From Candidatus Hadarchaeota archaeon (GTDB lineage: Archaea; CAYQAE01; CAYVLA01), in contig CAYVLA010000062.1 in assembly GCA_964452145.1 (NCBI GenBank), forward strand, positions 1-19,291: a stretch of 19,291 nt of DNA, written 5' to 3'. Position numbers and translations under genes: made by a program. The notes below the pieces were generated by a model. That model searched no databases, was not told the DNA's origin, and worked only from the letters and a program-made list of their open reading frames with translations. This document shows, piece after piece, positions 1-9,389 of this stretch (the first letter of the stretch is position 1; each line of letters opens with the position of its first letter).

Positions 1-1
1 G

Positions 2-1522
2 CAGGACGTCGCTCCGGAACCGGGGATCGTTCTCGGACTGGGCGAGCTGAACGTAACTCTTGAGCATGAGCCTCTCCGGGATGATCTTGTTCCTTATGGC
101 GCCCTTGACCCTCTTCGTGCCGGACTCCGGATCGTGGACCACGGTCCTCATAGCGCAATCGTACTCGACCAGAGCCCACGGTACCTTGACTTTCTCAGAG
201 TTCATCATCGATACGGCCTGGAGGAACATCCTGTCCGTGTTGGGTATGTCTTCGAATTCGTCCTTTTCGAATCTCCTTGGGAAGGCTCCTGTGTTTGACA
301 GGAGCGGCAGTACTTGGCGTTTGAAGTCCCGGGCCGCCGTGTCCTTGGTCAGGCCCAACAGGAGGATTCGCTTCTCCCAGCAGACCTCGATGAGCATGTT
401 GATGGCAAAGAGGGTGAGGAAGGCTAGGTCCAAGGTCGTCAGGTGCCTTTTCCTGCCCTCTACCTCCAGGACCATTCCCTCGGTCGCGCCCTCACCCTGT
501 GAGAAGAGCCGATCGCCTATCTCGTTAACCATAGCCTTCACCCTCGGCCAGTAGCTTCCGTAGCGGAATGCCATGCGGTAGTTGCCCAGGATGTCTCCCA
601 CCATTCCCTGTTTCTTCAGACGCAGGAGATGGCGTGAGGCTCGGTTCTTCTGAGAGGCGGTAAGCCCAAGGGCTTTGGAGATCTGGTCAATGTCGCCTCT
701 GTTGCCCTCCTCTAGGTGGTGGATCAGAGCGTAGGGGAGATAGTCACCCCGGGGGGGTAAGGTCCCAAGATCGGCGTTGTGGACCCTGTGGCGAGAGTAG
801 AAGAGCTCGTTCTCGTCGATGGGGGTGCCATTGATCGGGTACCCCAGGATTGAACAGGTTCTTGACCAGACCTTTCGGTCAGAGGTGTCGTACATGAGGG
901 AGCTGATCTCGCCAGAGAGGGTCCGGTCCATGAGGATGATGCGGATCCGACTGTCCGGATCACTGGCCAGTCTGTACGCAAGGAAGAACTCGGAGAAGGT
1001 CATGATCCCGTTGGCGACTTGGGAGTTCGTCACGATCTCCACATCGGTCAGAAGCCTGTCGTAGGCTATGCTGGCGTCGTGGCCCCCGGAGATCGTCTGG
1101 TCGCGATCCGCGACCTCGTTGACGTACATAGGCACGCAGCTGCAAAGGCCTTTCGCATCCTCGATGTGCCGCTCATCGTAGTCGACCTGGACCTTCTCGG
1201 GGGTGAAGCGGATCGTCCCGGTGCATGCGTAGGATCCTCCAAAGAAGATCACTAGATCGAAGAGCGACTTGGAGTAGCTCGTCCCATCCACTGCAGCGAA
1301 ACGGACCTCATCCGTGCCGAAGAACTCGCTTGCCGTCTGATGGGCCGTGGACGTGAAAAAGGAGTCCAGAATCATGTTTGAGAGTATGCCGTCATACAGG
1401 CGCGCGGCGGAGGAGAACCTCCTTCTATACTCGCCGATCTCCCTTTCGGCCCCCCTTCTTAGGACGGTTCCCATCCTCTGGATTTTTGGTCCCAGGCTAT
1501 CCTGCAAATCCTTTTTCGCCAT
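2..1522 (-). CDS. NurA-family (RNase H-like fold) nuclease with internal winged-helix insertion; partial, 3' end beyond window
   Basis: Not in the ORF track. Hand translation gives an uninterrupted frame of 507 codons from ATG 1522 (preceded by GTGAGGATGG) to the window edge: MAKKDLQDSLGPKIQRMG...RFAAVDGTSY (D79)...IMTFSEFFLAY...RIILMDRTL (D199)...ILLLGLTKDT (K393)...PNTDRMFLQ. These match the NurA motifs AVDGS, E, llDGsl, GvvK and D..ll in the expected order. Confidence 0.75.
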   Translation of the reverse strand, partial: MAKKDLQDSLGPKIQRMGTVLRRGAEREIGEYRRRFSSAARLYDGILSNMILDSFFTSTAHQTASEFFGTDEVRFAAVDGTSYSKSLFDLVIFFGGSYACTGTIRFTPEKVQVDYDERHIEDAKGLCSCVPMYVNEVADRDQTISGGHDASIAYDRLLTDVEIVTNSQVANGIMTFSEFFLAYRLASDPDSRIRIILMDRTLSGEISSLMYDTSDRKVWSRTCSILGYPINGTPIDENELFYSRHRVHNADLGTLPPRGDYLPYALIHHLEEGNRGDIDQISKALGLTASQKNRASRHLLRLKKQGMVGDILGNYRMAFRYGSYWPRVKAMVNEIGDRLFSQGEGATEGMVLEVEGRKRHLTTLDLAFLTLFAINMLIEVCWEKRILLLGLTKDTAARDFKRQVLPLLSNTGAFPRRFEKDEFEDIPNTDRMFLQAVSMMNSEKVKVPWALVEYDCAMRTVVHDPESGTKRVKGAIRNKIIPERLMLKSYVQLAQSENDPRFRSDVL

Positions 1523-1614
1523 CCATCCTCACGAATCGTCGGATAGAAGTAGGTTTTCCCAAAGGGGAGCCAAAGCCCAACACACCGAGAACGCAGTTAT
1601 CAGATCAATATCAT

Positions 1615-1677
1615 TATTCAGTAAATTCGTCTATTTCAGCAAAATTTATTAAGTCTGAAAATGAGCCTCTATCTGAA
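1615..1677 (+). promoter_or_regulatory. Archaeal BRE/TATA promoter of the abrB-vapC pair, with flanking inverted repeat (putative operator)
   Basis: AT-rich island. GCAAAA-TTTATTAA (TATA 1645-1652) lies about 26 nt before ATG 1678. TTTCAG (1634-1639) and CTGAAA (1655-1660) bracket the TATA box. Confidence 0.65.
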
Positions 1678-1929
1678 ATGTCGATGGAGATAGTCAAGGT
1701 AGGCAAGAGGAATGCCCTGTACCTGCCGAAGAGCATCGTCGACGAGCTCGGGATTCGAGAGGGGGACAGGGTCCAACTCAGCGCCGAGAATGGAAGACTC
1801 AAGGTGGAGCTGGTGCCGAACCCCCTGAGACTTGCCCTCGAGGGGAAGAAGTTCGCCAGAATCCTCCCCGAGGAGATCGAGTCGATCAGCCTGCGGGAGC
1901 AGAGAGCATATGACGGACATTCTTCTTGA
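1678..1929 (+). CDS. vapB: AbrB/MazE/SpoVT-family antitoxin (VapB-like), 83 aa
   Basis: MSMEIVKVGKRNALYLPKSIVDELGIREGDRVQL fits the AbrB swapped-hairpin pattern. Start moved from the track's 1378 to ATG 1678, downstream of the TATA box. Overlaps the downstream PIN gene by 20 nt. Confidence 0.88.
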   Translation: MSMEIVKVGKRNALYLPKSIVDELGIREGDRVQLSAENGRLKVELVPNPLRLALEGKKFARILPEEIESISLREQRAYDGHSS

Positions 1930-2365
1930 TACGTCGTTTCTTCTGCCTTCGATGGGGGTCGATACGGGTGAACTGGTCGGAGAGGCGCTTCGGAGGCTTG
2001 GCTCCGCCAAGATCCAGATATGGATTTCCAGGTTCGCGGTCATGGAGTCATGCTGGGTAGCAGCAAGGCTGGACAAGGCCGCGAAACTAGACAGCGAGGC
2101 TTTCAGTCTTGGCCTGAGAAGCGTGCTGAAAGGCGAAATCTATCACATGGTTCAAGAGGGCCCGGAGGTGTTCTCTGATGGTCTCGGGGTTTATCTCATG
2201 GGACACAGGGACCTGATCGACTGCCTCCTGTATTGCAGTTCAGTTCATCTGGGGCTTCGATTCCTCACGGTCGATTCGAAGCTGAGGGATTTCCTGCGCT
2301 CAAAGAACCTGCAGGATACCACTGTCCTGCCGTCTGAACTGGAAGGCCTTGATGGCCGGGGCTAG
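1910..2365 (+). CDS. vapC: PIN-domain ribonuclease toxin (VapC family), 151 aa
   Basis: MTDILLDTSFLL..., FAVMES, HRDLIDCLLY and FLTVDSKL supply the conserved acidic PIN residues. Lies directly downstream of the AbrB-type gene. Confidence 0.9.
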   Translation: MTDILLDTSFLLPSMGVDTGELVGEALRRLGSAKIQIWISRFAVMESCWVAARLDKAAKLDSEAFSLGLRSVLKGEIYHMVQEGPEVFSDGLGVYLMGHRDLIDCLLYCSSVHLGLRFLTVDSKLRDFLRSKNLQDTTVLPSELEGLDGRG

Positions 2366-2609
2366 GCGGAACGGCGTCTGCGGGGTCACTGAGGGCGAGG
2401 ACCCCAGATACGCGGTTCACACATCCTTGTTCTCCTGATGTTGAGACAGTTCAGCGCCTGATCCCTGCCTTCTTCAGAGCTGTGCGACAGACCATGCTGG
2501 TTCGGCAATCTGCCAGCACACGTGCGCAAATGGTTCTGACTCAGGGGAGAGTAGCCATGTTTGAGAGCGGGCCTGCCCATTGTGTCGGGTAAGGAGCAAG
2601 CCGCCGCCT

Positions 2610-4625
2610 TCATGGCATCACAAGGGATATGCTTGATTCCAGGTTCTGCAGGAGGCCGACCTCCGAGAACCACGTAGGTTTCAGGCGCTTTTGGGCGAAG
2701 AGCTTCTCCCCCTGGTCGGTGTAATGTGGGGAGGGATGGTCCTCGCTCTGGCCGTACGGCACGGCACTATAGGACTCAATTGGCGACTTGAAAACAACGA
2801 GGGTGGGACAGGACTGGCCCCTGCTGGCGTAGAAGACCCCCTCGTCGTCTGGCTCGTCCGTGCCGATGGATCTGAGCGTATCGTCGCATCCTGCCAGTGG
2901 CCAGCTTCGGTCCCCTCGCCTTCCGCGGTGGACCCTGCCCCATGCCACCTCGATGGATCCGAATCTGCCTAGCATGTACTCGCACGCCTTGTGTAGGGCG
3001 GAAAGCAGTGCCTGTCTATCGGAATCCCTCAGGGCCTTTGATCTTCGGATTCTGCCGACTCCGACGCGATCCGTCGTTGATTGTAGTTCCCTGAGCCAGA
3101 GCGTATACAGCGTCATGCCGACGCTTTCCACATCGGTGCTTGAGTCCCAGCCATGTATGATCTGGACGGCCTTCTCTAGGCTTGGATAGCTGGCCTTGTG
3201 ATGTGTGTAGGCCAGCCAGAGCTTTCTTCTCAATTCCTCGGTACCGTGGAGCGTGGTGTCAACCATGATGTCAAGCCCTTTCTGGACTCCGATTTTGTGA
3301 TTCTTCCTCATGATCTCGAGGAACCGGCTGCTCCTCGGGTTGGTGCGGTCCCAGGAGGTGTTGTACAGGTCTCTGGGGTATCTTGAGGCAGTCAGTGGGC
3401 TGTTGAAGGTCATCTTGCCGGGCGAGATGTTGCAGTTCTGCATGAATCCTGAGGGGGGATTGAGGATCTGGACGAGATCCTGCATCGGGCGTATGCCGAG
3501 CCACTCGGTCCTCGACGTGCTGCCGGGGACGGGGCGTTGCCAGTCGTAGCCCTTCGGGCGTATCGGCACCCTTCCCGATCTCTGGTAGTACGTGTTGCCC
3601 TGGATGTCGGCGTACATCAGATTCTGGGGCATCAGCTGGAGCATCGAGAGCGCCTCTAGGAACTCGCCCAGGTTCCGAGCGATGTTCATGCTCCTGATCT
3701 GATCCAGAAGGTGAACCTGGTTCAGCAGTGACAGCTTGAAGGCATAGGCTCGATCTCCGGAAATCATGGCCACGGGTCCGTGATGGGTCCGGATGATGTC
3801 GCGCTCTGCCTGCTTCAGGCCTTCCCCGGTTCTCACGTTGATGGTGATGGTTTCCTTCTGCAGGTCGACCCATTTGCCGTCGTAGAGGTACTTTGAGCCA
3901 TCCGGGTTCAGCTCCTCCTCGTAGACATCTGAGGTATCCGGACCGCCCGTGGTCATGGCCCAGGAAAGATATCGGTTGTGGCCCAGCGAGACGTAGGGGG
4001 TGCCCACGGGGCTGAAGCCGAACACGTGCAGATCACCGCCGTGGAGATGGACCTCATGGAAGAGCCATTCGTCCTCCCACCGAACGTGGGGATCGATGCA
4101 GGCCATCACAACGCCGTCTCTGGATCGGCTTCTGCTCACGGCCCACTCGTTGGAGGTACGGTCCTCCTTTCGCATCCTTGCCAGCTTCCCTGCTGCCTCC
4201 GATAGCTGCCATCCCGATATGATGAACCAGCCCAACGTCACCATTCCGGAGGGCTGGACCTCACACGACCAATCGGGCACGAGCTTTGGGTTCTCGTCTG
4301 CGAAGGCCCTGATGCCGGAGATGAAGCTCTCAATGCCCCGCCGTGCCTTTCGGCTTATCTCACCGTACCGCTTCCTGGACTCGTCCATGTGGCCCAGCAG
4401 CCTCTGGCGGTAGTCATGCTCGACCCATCCCTCCCCGAAGGCCTCGGACATCCGGCCGTTTGCCTTCCTGTAGGCCTTGTAGATGGTGCCAAGCCTGTCC
4501 TGGGCCTGCGCGTATCCCTGGCCGTAGAGGGCCTCCTCCTCCCCCAAGCCGTACACGTGTGGAACCCCCCAGACGTCCCTGTAGACCGTTGCATCGCTGC
4601 CGGCTTGAACCATCCTCTTTTCCAT
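2610..4625 (-). CDS. Penicillin/cephalosporin acylase-family Ntn hydrolase (peptidase S45)
   Basis: YRDVWGVPHVYG and YGQGYAQAQDRL (alpha chain), nucleophile motif SNEWAV, IDPH, GHNRYLSWAMT, RTHHGP, QNLMYAD, QNCN, YGQS...SPHYTDQ. Likely start ATG 4625 (MEKRMV) with a TATA-like ATATAA about 40 nt upstream; the track start is 4718. Confidence 0.93.
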   Translation of the reverse strand: MEKRMVQAGSDATVYRDVWGVPHVYGLGEEEALYGQGYAQAQDRLGTIYKAYRKANGRMSEAFGEGWVEHDYRQRLLGHMDESRKRYGEISRKARRGIESFISGIRAFADENPKLVPDWSCEVQPSGMVTLGWFIISGWQLSEAAGKLARMRKEDRTSNEWAVSRSRSRDGVVMACIDPHVRWEDEWLFHEVHLHGGDLHVFGFSPVGTPYVSLGHNRYLSWAMTTGGPDTSDVYEEELNPDGSKYLYDGKWVDLQKETITINVRTGEGLKQAERDIIRTHHGPVAMISGDRAYAFKLSLLNQVHLLDQIRSMNIARNLGEFLEALSMLQLMPQNLMYADIQGNTYYQRSGRVPIRPKGYDWQRPVPGSTSRTEWLGIRPMQDLVQILNPPSGFMQNCNISPGKMTFNSPLTASRYPRDLYNTSWDRTNPRSSRFLEIMRKNHKIGVQKGLDIMVDTTLHGTEELRRKLWLAYTHHKASYPSLEKAVQIIHGWDSSTDVESVGMTLYTLWLRELQSTTDRVGVGRIRRSKALRDSDRQALLSALHKACEYMLGRFGSIEVAWGRVHRGRRGDRSWPLAGCDDTLRSIGTDEPDDEGVFYASRGQSCPTLVVFKSPIESYSAVPYGQSEDHPSPHYTDQGEKLFAQKRLKPTWFSEVGLLQNLESSISLVMP

Positions 4626-4801
4626 CAATCCTTCCGCTCCTCTTGATTCCTCAGGCGGTGCTTCCTTATATGGGTCCTCACAGCTCCGCGAGGGTAAGCG
4701 GCGCAAGGGATCCTGCAAGTCAGCCCTCCGGACCCCATCCTGCTTGGACCCTCGGCCGGGGATGGCCCAGTCCCTGAGCAGCCGCTGCCTTCGTCACGGA
4801 G

Positions 4802-6004
4802 CTAACATGCTTGCGGCGGCTCGTTGTTGGAGATGATCGCCCGCTCGCCGATCTCGTTGATTATTCGTAGTCGGGGTCCGTTGTTTCCGGTCACGATGGC
4901 GTGAACCACCCCCGGTTTCAGATGGATTGAAGGCTCGCACGTCGCGAAGGTGCAGCCACGGATCTGGATCCGTCCCGAGCTGGCCTCCACCAGGGCATCT
5001 CCCGGATGATCCCTGAGTCCGCTGCTCAGGTAACAGTCGTTCAGCGACAGAAATCCTGAGCCCTGGAAGACAACGTTCTGGATCGACGGGCCCCAGAATG
5101 CACAGTTCACCAGCCTGACCGAGCCGCTGCACGTTGGGGCAACGAAGACCGAGATGGGGTTGTGCCCCTTGAAGGCCACGAACTGCCCGTTAGTGATCAG
5201 CAGACCCATAGGCTGGATGTTCTCGACGAGCAGACAGCGGTTCGCCTCATCCGCCCCTATCCCGCATAGCTGTCCGTTCATCGCCCCGTTGTTGGTCCGG
5301 ATGAATCGGTATCCGATGCGGCAGGGATACACGAAGGTGTTGTTGACGTATTCCCAGTCCGTGCGCCCGAAGACGAATGCCTCCAGGTTCTCGATCATGA
5401 AGCTCTTGACCTTCTCCCAGTCCCCTCCTGTCTGGGGTGACGACCACCAATGGGAGTGCCACTGGATGTTCTCGATCCGCCCGATGTCGGTAGTGGCGTC
5501 AACCATGATTCCTCTCCTTAGAACACAGCCACTGATGCTGCGGAGACGGTGGCGCACGTTGGGCTCCGGGCCGACGCGAATGCCGTTGTAGCTGTTGATG
5601 AGGGTCACGTTCTCGACCGTGTTGTCCCCTCCCCTGAGATGGAACGTCCAGGGATAGGGTTGGATGTCATCCGGTCTTTGATCCGGGTAATAGACGGTCA
5701 ATCCCTGAACCGCTGCCGAGTCGCCCAGCTCAATGAGAGCGGGGGCCTCCTCATCCCCGCGCCCGCCTCTGGCCAAGATCACCGTTCCTATCAGCGGTTC
5801 AATGTACAGAGGTGAGTGGGACGATCCCCCAAGGGTCACGCCCGGGGGCACTCTGAGGCTTCCGTCCACAAGCATTCGGCCTGGTGGAAGCTCGACGACT
5901 CCGCCCCTCCTTCCCGCCCTGTCGAGCATGGCCTGTATGGCTTGTGTATCATCCTTCAAGTCATCTACAGCAAGTCCCTGATGGGACGGGTCGTTGCTGT
6001 TCAT
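4802..6004 (-). CDS. Right-handed parallel beta-helix protein (pectate lyase superfamily / GH28-related), substrate unknown
   Basis: N-terminal DDTQAIQAMLD..GGVVELPPG motif of Pectate_lyase_3-like proteins, followed by repeated beta-helix coils (NTVENVTLINSYNGIRVG, GRIENIQW, VRLVNCAFWG). Start is ATG 6004 or 6025. Confidence 0.8.
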   Translation of the reverse strand: MNSNDPSHQGLAVDDLKDDTQAIQAMLDRAGRRGGVVELPPGRMLVDGSLRVPPGVTLGGSSHSPLYIEPLIGTVILARGGRGDEEAPALIELGDSAAVQGLTVYYPDQRPDDIQPYPWTFHLRGGDNTVENVTLINSYNGIRVGPEPNVRHRLRSISGCVLRRGIMVDATTDIGRIENIQWHSHWWSSPQTGGDWEKVKSFMIENLEAFVFGRTDWEYVNNTFVYPCRIGYRFIRTNNGAMNGQLCGIGADEANRCLLVENIQPMGLLITNGQFVAFKGHNPISVFVAPTCSGSVRLVNCAFWGPSIQNVVFQGSGFLSLNDCYLSSGLRDHPGDALVEASSGRIQIRGCTFATCEPSIHLKPGVVHAIVTGNNGPRLRIINEIGERAIISNNEPPQAC

Positions 6005-6050
6005 CCTACCGCCTGACGTCCACATCCCGGTAGGCGTCTAATAGGTTTCG

Positions 6051-6077
6051 GAAGGCGGAAGGCGAAGGCGGAAGGCG
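6051..6077. repeat. Short tandem repeat, 4 x GAAGGCG (third copy lacks one G)
   Basis: GAAGGCG GAAGGCG AAGGCG GAAGGCG read directly. Intergenic, adjacent to a minus-strand GAAACCTATTA promoter-like motif. Confidence 0.8.
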
Positions 6078-6217
6078 GCGCGCAGTAGTCATGGATGAAA
6101 TGGAAACTGATCGGAGCGTGGCGTCCACGATCCCCGTGGCGTACCACCCGCAACAGGTCATGCTTGGTCGACATGCCACAGGGCTTTACCCAAGGCATGG
6201 AGATACCGTAGCCCGGA

Positions 6218-7417
6218 TCATCGCGGTTTCTTCACGGCCTTTCCGAACCGTGTGCAGTAGTATCTGTCGCCAAAATCCTGCAGTTCCCTGCAAGGCTCGC
6301 AGCCGGGTACCCTGGGGGCGCCAGGACAGCTCTCAAGGGCCTTGCCATGTCTCACCGCGACGGCAACCTTGCTGATTCCCCCGAAGGCGGCCGAGAACGC
6401 ATAGCAGAGGCAGCTGGCCCCCACGGCGCGCGAAATCCCTGCGGCAGGCAGCATCGCGATCGCAGCAGCCATGAAGAAGACGCTGTTGGGACCGGGTGAT
6501 CCGACGGCCACCGACAGCAGCGGATAAACGAGCCAGCTTAAGACCCAGCGCACGACCCAGGAGATGATCGTGATTCCTATGAGCAAGCCCACCGTCTGGA
6601 GCAGCGTGCGTGACACGATGTCTCGACTGAGACCCATCGCACCTCTGGCGGATCGTCGGCCCAGCAGGACGCCGAAGATGGCGAAGGCCAGGATCAAGCT
6701 GATGACCCAGAAGACGGGCAGGACGCCGTAGACCGCAAGCACTCCGGCTCCCGCAAATCCCAGGCTTGCCGAAAGGATGCTCTGCGCCGCCGAAAGAGCT
6801 GAGAAGACAATGCCAAGGCCTATCAAGCTCGGCACCATCGGGTTCTTCATTGAGACGAAATCCGGCAGGCGCGCCGGCACGCCGGTCTTGGGAGGATATT
6901 CGTCCCGGGGAATGATGCCCTCCGATCTGTAGCGTTCTATCACTAGCCAGGTCGCCCATGCCAGGAAGAGGAACGACGCCAACCCGGAAAGGAAGACCAC
7001 GGCAGGCAAGAAGGCCATCGCCCGCCACTCAGGCGACATCTCACCCGGGAACCGGGCAAGGATGCTGCGTGGCAGATCGGTGAGAGCAGCTGCAATGATG
7101 AAGGGAACGATGAGCCCCAACTGCCTCCACAGGAGGTTGATTCCCTCGGTGAGAGCTTCAGCTGCCGAAAAAGGAAGGATTCCCTGGCAGCTGGAATCCC
7201 CGACTCCGCCCACAGCCGGGAGCAGGATAGGGATCCTGAAAGCTTTTTCGTTCACCACAACCCAACCGGGCCGCATAGCTGATGACTCCACCCGAGCTGC
7301 GTGTGTTTCCTGCGTAGAACCATTTCTGGGCCCGAAGCCCCAAACCCAGAGGCAGATGAAGCCATATCCGACGGGGTCAGTCTCGGGTACAGACAGAGCT
7401 AGATGGTTGAGCGACAT
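6218..7417 (-). CDS. Multi-pass membrane protein with C-terminal Cys4 putative metal-binding tail; start uncertain (possibly 7276 or 7213)
   Basis: About 6 hydrophobic segments. C-terminus CPGAPRVPGCEPCRELQDFGDRYYC. The first ~50-70 codons of the track ORF look non-coding. Confidence 0.7.
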   Translation of the reverse strand: MSLNHLALSVPETDPVGYGFICLWVWGFGPRNGSTQETHAARVESSAMRPGWVVVNEKAFRIPILLPAVGGVGDSSCQGILPFSAAEALTEGINLLWRQLGLIVPFIIAAALTDLPRSILARFPGEMSPEWRAMAFLPAVVFLSGLASFLFLAWATWLVIERYRSEGIIPRDEYPPKTGVPARLPDFVSMKNPMVPSLIGLGIVFSALSAAQSILSASLGFAGAGVLAVYGVLPVFWVISLILAFAIFGVLLGRRSARGAMGLSRDIVSRTLLQTVGLLIGITIISWVVRWVLSWLVYPLLSVAVGSPGPNSVFFMAAAIAMLPAAGISRAVGASCLCYAFSAAFGGISKVAVAVRHGKALESCPGAPRVPGCEPCRELQDFGDRYYCTRFGKAVKKPR

Positions 7418-7636
7418 GGAAGCCGCTGGAGGGAACTGGACCTCTCAAGGTGGGGACGAAGATGGATCTACTATGAAGGCACCGCGTGAAGCAAAGGAGC
7501 CTGTGCATGGATGGGACGGGCAGCCGTCTGGATATCGATTTGTGCAGCTGTCCTGAGTGCGAGAATCTGGAGCGGCGAAGGGGCGAAGAAGAGGTAGGCA
7601 GGGAATCCAAGCGACGGCTTGGGTCTATTCCCCCAA

Positions 7637-8275
7637 TCATCCTCGAATGCGCTTGACAGGTTCCTTCATGAACGGCAGGACGTCAAGCCTTTCCACGATC
7701 ACAACGGTTTTGGCCATCTTGTCTCCGATCCTCCGCCTGAGCCTGTCGCCTACCATCGTTGCCAGGCCGAGCACGTAGTAAGCAGGCAGCATATCCACGA
7801 GCCTCAGCAGGTTGCGGACGAAGGCCTGCCTGGCGCTGATCGTTCCGCCATCCTGCGAAACGACCCTGAGGCCGGAGAGCTTCTTGCCCGGTGTTCTGCC
7901 GGACATGATCATCTCTAGGATGAAGAGGTTCAAACACATGATCAAAGGAAGGACGATGACAAATACTCCAACTCCAAGAACGATCCCGGGCACAAACATC
8001 TCGAAGGTCTGCCTGAGCAGGTCCATCCCGAAGTAGTCAACCTTCTCAAGGCAGAACCTGAGGAGAAGCCACTCCAGAACACACGGCACCGCAAGCACCA
8101 GATTGTCGATGACGTAGGCCTGAGCCCTGGCGAACGCATCCGGTACGACGAGCTCCCGCACGTGGGGGGATGTGTTGCCGGTTCCCCAATCTCCGGGCAC
8201 GGATGGCAATGGTGCAGGAGACTCAAATAGCTTGCGCTGGATGGATGGCGCAGGTCGACCGAGCCACCTCGCCAC
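7637..8275 (-). CDS. RDD family membrane protein (start uncertain)
   Basis: ARAQAYVID, GRTPGKKLSGLRVV, AFVRNLLRLVD and RRIGDKMAKTVV are hallmark RDD motifs. Confidence 0.9.
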   Translation of the reverse strand: MARWLGRPAPSIQRKLFESPAPLPSVPGDWGTGNTSPHVRELVVPDAFARAQAYVIDNLVLAVPCVLEWLLLRFCLEKVDYFGMDLLRQTFEMFVPGIVLGVGVFVIVLPLIMCLNLFILEMIMSGRTPGKKLSGLRVVSQDGGTISARQAFVRNLLRLVDMLPAYYVLGLATMVGDRLRRRIGDKMAKTVVIVERLDVLPFMKEPVKRIRG

Positions 8276-8303
8276 ATGTGCCGTCCCTGTGAGAAGGTTT
8301 GCC

Positions 8304-9161
8304 TTACAGATGCCCAGGGCCGTAGCGTTTCCTGATCAGAAACGCCACACCGATGATCACGACCAAGCAGAGCATCCCCGCTCCGAGCAGCAGGAAGAAG
8401 GTGTTCTTGCTAGCTCCCCCCTTTCCGAAGATCACCCAGAACTCCGGGCGTTCACCGCCCGGGTTGACCACCCTCCAACCCATCCCGATTGAGCTGCCCT
8501 GGCGATCCAGAATCCTCTGGCCGAAGCTGGGACTCCACCCCTTGATCAGAAAGCCACCGGGCACGAGAAGATCGACGTTGATCTCGTTTGTGGTTGCCTG
8601 CTGAAAGGGCGGGCGGAAGGCGACTCTCCAGTTACTTCCCCTCCCAAGCTGCCTGTCCCAAAAGGTCGGGCTTGATTGTGATACGGCCCCCCTGACATAG
8701 TATTCGAGCGCGAATTGCAGGTCATGCCCGGCATGGATGGGCTCGGAGAATGTGATGGTCAAGACGGTCTGGTTGCTGAATTGGTGCAGGGCAATGTCCT
8801 GAACCCTACCTGTTCTGATCATGAGGTGTTCGGTCCACTCGGTGGGCTCGACCGGTTGCGCCCAACCTCTCAAAGGAAAGGGTATCGTGACGTTCACATC
8901 CTGTAGGGAATCCTGGAAGCAGTAGATGAGAACCGAGTGGCTGACCTGCATGACATCCGTCTGGTCGCCGATCCGGTCAATGTACGGAGAAGCGATGTCA
9001 GCTTGCCCGGAATCGAAGCAGCATAGCTTGTAAGACTCCGTGGGTATGTAGTAGTTGAGGGAAACGACCACGGGGATGAGCTGGAGCACTACGAACGTCA
9101 GCGCTAGGGGGTGCAGTGAGAGTCGCCCGGCCCTGAAAGCCACATGCTCTGCCGGATCCAT
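8304..9161 (-). CDS. Predicted exported beta-rich protein with C-terminal membrane anchor
   Basis: N-terminal hydrophobic segment (LALTFVVLQLIPVVVS), beta-strand-like core, and C-terminal TM helix followed by a basic stop-transfer segment (FLIRKRY). TATA-like TTATA at 9192-9188 favours ATG 9161 over the track's 9206. Confidence 0.7.
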   Translation of the reverse strand: MDPAEHVAFRAGRLSLHPLALTFVVLQLIPVVVSLNYYIPTESYKLCCFDSGQADIASPYIDRIGDQTDVMQVSHSVLIYCFQDSLQDVNVTIPFPLRGWAQPVEPTEWTEHLMIRTGRVQDIALHQFSNQTVLTITFSEPIHAGHDLQFALEYYVRGAVSQSSPTFWDRQLGRGSNWRVAFRPPFQQATTNEINVDLLVPGGFLIKGWSPSFGQRILDRQGSSIGMGWRVVNPGGERPEFWVIFGKGGASKNTFFLLLGAGMLCLVVIIGVAFLIRKRYGPGHL

Positions 9162-9389
9162 TGCAGAATGAGGAGTGTCTCCAACCATATAAGCATTGGG
9201 CTTCAATCCGATTCAGATTGACTAGTTCCAAGCGGGGGAAGGCGCAGATGGTGGAGACGCGTGATTCCTGCCAACGGATGGCCATTTCACCCAACCATGA
9301 CACCCAACCATGAAACCCTTAAGAGAGCGACTCAACTTACCGAAGGCCCGGCGACCCATCTGCATCAGATGACTCCTTCCCCGCGCTCG

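Noticed and set aside
60..1255. Plus-strand track ORFs 60-554, 819-1064 and 1019-1255
   Set aside because: They are antisense shadows of the long minus-strand NurA-like frame and carry no motifs.
1378..1677. Long N-terminal extension of the AbrB antitoxin in the track
   Set aside because: It crosses the NurA-like start and the TATA region. The domain begins at ATG 1678.
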